DNA of 64,000 bases from Candidatus Eiseniibacteriota bacterium (GTDB lineage Bacteria; Eisenbacteria; RBG-16-71-46). Position 1 is the stretch's first letter. The number at the start of each line of letters is the position of its first letter. Below are positions 59,368 to 64,000 of this stretch, piece after piece. Under the pieces are notes generated by a model that saw only the letters and a list, made by a program, of their open reading frames with translations, was not told the DNA's origin and searched no databases. The stretch lies in contig OY970342.1 of NCBI GenBank assembly GCA_963717505.1, positions 2,208,001 to 2,272,000 of the forward strand, given 5' to 3'. The position numbers and the translations under genes were made by a program.

Positions 59368-60051
59368 ATGGCAGTGATCCAGCTCCCCGCCGACCGTCGC
59401 GCGGCGCTCGGCAAGGGCGGGGCGCGCAAGACGCGGGCGGCCGGCAGCATTCCGGCGATTCTCTACGGGCACGGCGAGACGCCGGTGCCGCTCAACATCG
59501 GCGCCCGGACGTTCGAGCTCGCCTTGCGCCACCACAAGGGCGGCAACGCGATCGTCAACCTGGCGGTCAGCGGCAGCGAATACACTGCGCTGATGCGCGC
59601 CGTCCAATACGATCCGGTGACCCACAACATCCTGCACCTCGACTTCCAGCACATTTCGCTGACCGAGAAGATCGAAGTCGAGGTCGCGGTGCACCTGGTC
59701 GGGCTGCCGCTCGGTGTCAAGGACAGCGGCGGCATTCTCGAGCACATCACCCGCCACATTCGCGTGCGCTGTCTGCCGACCGCGATTCCGGCGTCGGTCG
59801 ACGTCGACGTCTCCGCACTCAACATCGGAGACTCGGTGCACGTCAGTGATCTGCCGATCGGCGATCTCGATCTGCTGACCGATTCCGATGTCACCGTGGC
59901 GACCGTGGTGCCGCCGAGCGTGATCGAGGAGCCGGTTGCGGCCGAGGCAGCGGTGGCGGCAGCGGTGGAGGGCGCACCGGCCGAGCCCGAAGTCATCGCC
60001 AAGGGCAAGAAGGAGGAGGGGGCTCCTGCCGAGGAGAAGGAGAAGAAGTAG
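59368..60051 (+). CDS. rplY: 50S ribosomal protein L25 / Ctc
   Basis: GKGGARKTR..IPAILYG, HLDF, GVKDSGG, IGDSVHVSD, EPEVIAKGKK. Confidence 0.96.
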   Translation: MAVIQLPADRRAALGKGGARKTRAAGSIPAILYGHGETPVPLNIGARTFELALRHHKGGNAIVNLAVSGSEYTALMRAVQYDPVTHNILHLDFQHISLTEKIEVEVAVHLVGLPLGVKDSGGILEHITRHIRVRCLPTAIPASVDVDVSALNIGDSVHVSDLPIGDLDLLTDSDVTVATVVPPSVIEEPVAAEAAVAAAVEGAPAEPEVIAKGKKEEGAPAEEKEKK

Positions 60052-60054
60052 TCC

Positions 60055-60636
60055 GTGGCCCTCGTCCTGGGTCTTGGCAATCCGGGCCGACGCTACGAGC
60101 GCACGCGACACAACGCGGGCTTCCGCGTGGTCGCTGAGCTGGCTCGGCGCTGGCCGGTTCGCGAGCTGCCGAAGCACGCCCGGTATCGGGCGTGGCACGC
60201 GGAGCCGCGCGAGCGGAGTGTCTACCTGATGACGCCGACCACCTACATGAACCTGAGCGGGGAAGCCCTGATGGACTGGCGGGCCGAGCATCCGGATACC
60301 GGCGAGCTGCTGGTGGTCGCGGACGACGTCTACCTGCCGGTCGGCACGCTGCGGATCCGCGAGCGCGGGTCGAGTGGAGGGCATCGTGGACTCGACAGCG
60401 TCGAGGCGGCGCTCGGGACCAAGGAGTACGCGCGGTTGCGCATCGGCGTCGGAGTAGCTTCGGGCGCCGAGCTGCGCGAGCACGTGTTGGATGAACCCGC
60501 GGCCGATGAAGCCGCGGCGTACGAAGAATCCATTGTCGCCGCGGCTGACGCGATCGAGTGCTGGCTGAGCGACGGGCTGACGGCGGCCATGAACCGCTAC
60601 AACAAGCGAGTACGCAAGGAGGTCAACGAACCGTGA
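60055..60636 (+). CDS. pth: Peptidyl-tRNA hydrolase
   Basis: GLGNPG..YERTRHNAGF, PTTYMNLSG, GSSGGHRG, RLRIGVG. Confidence 0.96.
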   Translation: MALVLGLGNPGRRYERTRHNAGFRVVAELARRWPVRELPKHARYRAWHAEPRERSVYLMTPTTYMNLSGEALMDWRAEHPDTGELLVVADDVYLPVGTLRIRERGSSGGHRGLDSVEAALGTKEYARLRIGVGVASGAELREHVLDEPAADEAAAYEESIVAAADAIECWLSDGLTAAMNRYNKRVRKEVNEP

Positions 60637-60983
60637 CCAAGTACGAAACCACCTTCATCCTGGAGCCCGGCTTCGACGAGAACCGGGTGAACGCGGAGGT
60701 CGACAAGCTGTCGCAATGGGTCAAGGACCTCGGCGGCGAAGTGCTCGAAGTCCAGCGCTGGGGCAAGCGGCGCATGTCCTACGAGATCCGCAAGAAGCGC
60801 GACGGCGTGTACACCTGGGTCCTGTGGAACGGGAGCGCCGACATGGTCAAGGACCTGGAGCGCCGGTTGCGGCTCAACGAGTCGGTGATGCGTCTGCTGA
60901 CCGTCATGCACGTGGCGCCGGAGCTGACTCGGGGCAATGCCGAGGCCGCCTTGGCGGCCGCAGAGGCGGACGGCGACGACTGA
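60633..60983 (+). CDS. rpsF: 30S ribosomal protein S6
   Basis: AAGGAGG RBS; KYETTFIL, WGKRRMSYEIRK..G.Y, VMR. Confidence 0.95.
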   Translation: MTKYETTFILEPGFDENRVNAEVDKLSQWVKDLGGEVLEVQRWGKRRMSYEIRKKRDGVYTWVLWNGSADMVKDLERRLRLNESVMRLLTVMHVAPELTRGNAEAALAAAEADGDD

Positions 60984-60995
60984 TCCGAGTCGAGC

Positions 60996-61376
60996 GTGAC
61001 CGAGCTCAAGCTGCCGGAGATCAACCGCGTCCTGCTCAGCGGGCGCCTGACGCGCGACCCGGATCACCGGTACGCGGCCGATGGCACCGAGATCACGGCG
61101 CTGGCGATCGCGTTCCACCGGCACTACCGGGGGCGCGACGGCAAGCTGGCGGAGCACACGGGCTACGTGACGGTGATGACGTATCAACGACTCGCGCAGG
61201 TGTGTGCGCAGTATCTGAAGAAGGGCAGCGCGGTCCTGGTCGAGGGCCGGTTGCAGATGCGGGAATCCCCGGCTCCACAGGGGGGAACGCGGCAGCGGAT
61301 CGAGGTGCGCGGCGAATCCGTGCACTTCCTCGAGAAACTGCCGCCCGCGCCCAAAGACGAAGGCTCGCTGTTCTGA
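60996..61376 (+). CDS. ssb: Single-stranded DNA-binding protein (short form)
   Basis: NRVLLSGRLTRDP, LKKGSAVLVEGRLQ; lies between rpsF and rpsR. Confidence 0.88.
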   Translation: MTELKLPEINRVLLSGRLTRDPDHRYAADGTEITALAIAFHRHYRGRDGKLAEHTGYVTVMTYQRLAQVCAQYLKKGSAVLVEGRLQMRESPAPQGGTRQRIEVRGESVHFLEKLPPAPKDEGSLF

Positions 61377-61407
61377 AGGACCCTAGACGGAGGTGAAACG
61401 CACCACC

Positions 61408-61650
61408 ATGGCCAGAGATCGAGAAGCACGAGGACTGAAGAAGAAGTACTGCAAGCTGTGCCTGGAGAAGGTCGGATTCGTCGACTACAAGGATGAGAAG
61501 CGGCTCGGACGGTTCGTGAACGACCGCGGCAAGATCGTGCCGCGCCGGGTCTCGGGAACCTGCGCCCGCCACCAGAAGCAGCTGACCACCGCGATCAAGC
61601 GCGCGCGCGTGCTCGCGCTGATGCCGTTTACGAGTGACGTCTACCGCTGA
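61408..61650 (+). CDS. rpsR: 30S ribosomal protein S18
   Basis: [34 protein letters not shown]. Confidence 0.97.
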   Translation: MARDREARGLKKKYCKLCLEKVGFVDYKDEKRLGRFVNDRGKIVPRRVSGTCARHQKQLTTAIKRARVLALMPFTSDVYR

Positions 61651-62620
61651 ACCTCTGCGCCCTGCGACCCACACGTCGTGGCGGCGCGCGATCCTGCTGA
61701 TCGCACTGCTCGGGCTGTTCGCAGTCCAGTCGCCGATGCCGTGGGGCGGACTGTGGCTGCTGGTCCCGGCGGCGGTGGCAGTGTCGCTGCTGGCCGGTTG
61801 GCGCTTCGGCGCCTGGGGCGTGCTGGTTCCGGTCGTGATGTTCGGGGTCGCGATGGCGGCCGCCGGCCCGCAAAGTCTGTGGGCGTGGTGGGTGCCGGTC
61901 GCGGCGCTGACCGGGGCCTGGATGGGGCTGCGCGAGGAGTCGGAGGGTGGCTTCGCCGGCCGGCGCGCGGCGGCTCTGCTGCCGTTGCTCGTGCTCGCGG
62001 CCGGCCTGCCGTGGATGCTCCAGTATCCGGACCTGCTGAGCCACATGGAAACCCGGCTGCGCGACGGCGACCGTCAGTTCATCGCCATGTGGTCCGAGAT
62101 GGGGACCGCCGGCGAGCGTCTGGCCAGCATGCAGCGCGTGGTCGAAGACAACGCCAAGCTGCGTGCGCGCGCGCTGCCCTACCTGGTGCCGAGCCTGATC
62201 TTCCTGTGGGTCGCGGTCCTGGTCGCGGCCGGGCGGGCGATCGCGTCGCGCTGCGCGGGAATCCTGCGCTGGCCGGCGCTGGCCCGGGCGGCGTTCGCGC
62301 GCTGGCGTTTGCCGGACGGCGCCCTGGCGCTGTTCCTGGTCGGGCTGGGCGCGGTCGTCCTCGAGTGGCGCGCCGGGCTGCCGGCGGCGTGGACACTGCT
62401 GATCAACACCGGGCTCGGTTATTGTATCCAGGGAATTGCGGTCGTAGAATCCCTGTTGCTCGCACGAGGTGTGCCTCCCTCCATCATCGTCGTCACCATG
62501 GTGTTCGTGTTCGCGCTCGCGATGCCGGTCTTTCTGCTCATGACCGTGGCCGTCGGACTGAGCGACGTATGGCTGGACTATCGGCGCCTGGAAGCAACGC
62601 CGGACCAGGACTCAACCTAG
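61634..62620 (+). CDS. DUF2232 (YybS-like) membrane protein
   Basis: Multiple TM helices; [24 protein letters not shown]; lies between rpsR and rplI. Confidence 0.8.
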   Translation: MTSTAEPLRPATHTSWRRAILLIALLGLFAVQSPMPWGGLWLLVPAAVAVSLLAGWRFGAWGVLVPVVMFGVAMAAAGPQSLWAWWVPVAALTGAWMGLREESEGGFAGRRAAALLPLLVLAAGLPWMLQYPDLLSHMETRLRDGDRQFIAMWSEMGTAGERLASMQRVVEDNAKLRARALPYLVPSLIFLWVAVLVAAGRAIASRCAGILRWPALARAAFARWRLPDGALALFLVGLGAVVLEWRAGLPAAWTLLINTGLGYCIQGIAVVESLLLARGVPPSIIVVTMVFVFALAMPVFLLMTVAVGLSDVWLDYRRLEATPDQDST

Positions 62621-62630
62621 GAGCGATTGC

Positions 62631-63074
62631 ATGCAAGTGATTCTGCTCGAAGATCTGAAGGGTGTGGGCGACAAGGGGGCGACGATCAACGTCAAGCCCG
62701 GTTTCGCCCGGAACTACCTGTTGCCGCGCAAGCTGGCGATTTCGGCCGGCACCAAGGCGGCCGGGCTCTACCAGGAGCTGGAACGCCAGCGCGAGATGCG
62801 CGCCCAGAAGCTGGTGGCTCAGGCGCGGATCGAAGCCGCCAAGCTGGACGGCGTCGAGATCAACATTCCGGCGCAGGCGAACGAAGAAGACACTTTGTTC
62901 GGCTCGGTGACCAACGCCGACGTGGCCGACGCCCTGGCCAAGGCCGGCCACACGGTCGACAAGCGCGCAATCGATCTGGAAGACCACATCAAGCAGCTCG
63001 GCAAGTACGACCTCCCGGTTCGCTTCCACGGCGGAGTGACCGCAACCGTCAAGGTCTGGGTGGTCCGCGCATGA
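62631..63074 (+). CDS. rplI: 50S ribosomal protein L9
   Basis: MQVILLED..G..G..VKPGFARNYLLP, LFGSVT, IKQLG. Confidence 0.97.
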   Translation: MQVILLEDLKGVGDKGATINVKPGFARNYLLPRKLAISAGTKAAGLYQELERQREMRAQKLVAQARIEAAKLDGVEINIPAQANEEDTLFGSVTNADVADALAKAGHTVDKRAIDLEDHIKQLGKYDLPVRFHGGVTATVKVWVVRA

Positions 63075-64000
63075 GCCGGCGGTCGTGGTTCGAACGGGGC
63101 GTGGTGGCAGCACTCGCGCTCGGATGCGTCCTCGCGCTCGCGGCCGTCGATCCGGCGGCGGCGCAGAAGTCGTCCGGTAAGGCCACCCAGAAGACCGCGA
63201 AGAAGTCGTCGCGTTCGGCCAAGACGCCAGCGATCGACGACTCGAATCGCGTGCTGGTCACCGTCGGCAAGGAGTCGATCACGCGGGGCGACGTCCAGCG
63301 TCGAATCGACCAGCTTCCCGATCAGTACCGCGCCAACTACTCAACGCCTGATGGCCGCAAGCAGATCCTCGACCGCATGATCGAGGAGCGGGTGTGGATG
63401 CAGATGGCGACCAAGGCCGGCGTGCCCGCTCGGCCGGCGATCCAGCAGCAACTCGATCAGCAGCGCCGCGACCTGATCATCCGCACGCACTTGAACGAGG
63501 TCATGGCCACGAGTCCGGCGGCGTCGGACTCCGAGGCGCACGCCTACTACGACGCCCACATCGAGGAGTACCGCGTTCCGGCGACCGTCAGTCTGCGTCA
63601 CATCCTGACCAAGAAGGAGAAGGATGCGAATTCGGCGCTGAAGGCGGTGAAGGGCAAGAACGCCGACTGGGACAAGCTGGTCACCAAGTGGTCGGTGGAC
63701 ACGCTCACCCGTGCCAACGGCGGCAACCTGGGCACCGTGACCCTCGAGGGGCAGTTCTCGGGCATGGGCGCCCAGCCGGCGCTCGCCGAGTCCGCGTTCA
63801 AGATCCCGGCCGGCGGCATCGGCGGGCCGTTCCAGACCGATCGCGGCTGGCACGTGATCAAGGTCGACGCGGTCAAGGAAGAGTCGGTCCGTCCGTTCGA
63901 GCAGGTACGCGCGGTGATCAACCGCCAGCTCAACTCGCAGCGCCAGCAGAGCTACTACCAGGAGGTGCTGCAGGAGTCGAAGGACGCGGTCAAGGTCAAG
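63071..64000 (+). CDS. PpiC/parvulin-type peptidyl-prolyl isomerase (SurA/PrsA-like), 3'-truncated by the window edge
   Basis: ATGA overlap with rplI; signal peptide; VLVTVGKESIT, LRHIL, GGNLG, GPFQTDRGWHVIKV; frame is open to the window end. Confidence 0.88.
   Translation, partial: MSRRSWFERGVVAALALGCVLALAAVDPAAAQKSSGKATQKTAKKSSRSAKTPAIDDSNRVLVTVGKESITRGDVQRRIDQLPDQYRANYSTPDGRKQILDRMIEERVWMQMATKAGVPARPAIQQQLDQQRRDLIIRTHLNEVMATSPAASDSEAHAYYDAHIEEYRVPATVSLRHILTKKEKDANSALKAVKGKNADWDKLVTKWSVDTLTRANGGNLGTVTLEGQFSGMGAQPALAESAFKIPAGGIGGPFQTDRGWHVIKVDAVKEESVRPFEQVRAVINRQLNSQRQQSYYQEVLQESKDAVKVK

Overview
High-GC bacterial chromosomal window. Seven secreted proteins end in a T9SS/FlgD-like C-terminal sorting domain, which suggests an FCB-related lineage, most plausibly Candidatus Eisenbacteria (inference; needs marker-gene placement). 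The right quarter is a conserved housekeeping block: recA-recX-alaS-rmlA-rmlD-gmhA-UbiA-ispE-spoVG-tRNA-Gln-prs-rplY-pth-rpsF-ssb-rpsR-DUF2232-rplI-PPIase. The left 47 kb is mostly accessory: large secreted multidomain proteins, a HEPN/MNT-type TA pair, a tryptophanase/cysteine-synthase-family operon with a sigma54-type promoter, DUF1800/DUF1501, a TonB-dependent receptor and two sigma54 activators. Best candidates for undescribed biology: (1) a small secreted GDPDDP-motif propeptide overlapping a TPR-sigma54 activator gene, where the mature peptide plus the receptor N-terminus form one compositionally distinct block, like a swappable RRNPP-style signalling cassette (42762-45490); (2) a gene-accretion hotspot in which cargo genes alternate with copies of the 3' end of a DUF2779-like gene that share one 3' breakpoint and differ almost only at synonymous sites (5277-8307); (3) an in-frame, compositionally atypical patch inside alaS; (4) a DUF6338-like gene plus a Pro-rich micro-ORF between recA and recX. 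No CRISPR array, rRNA, integrase or transposase was seen. All family calls come from motif recognition by eye, not from database searches.
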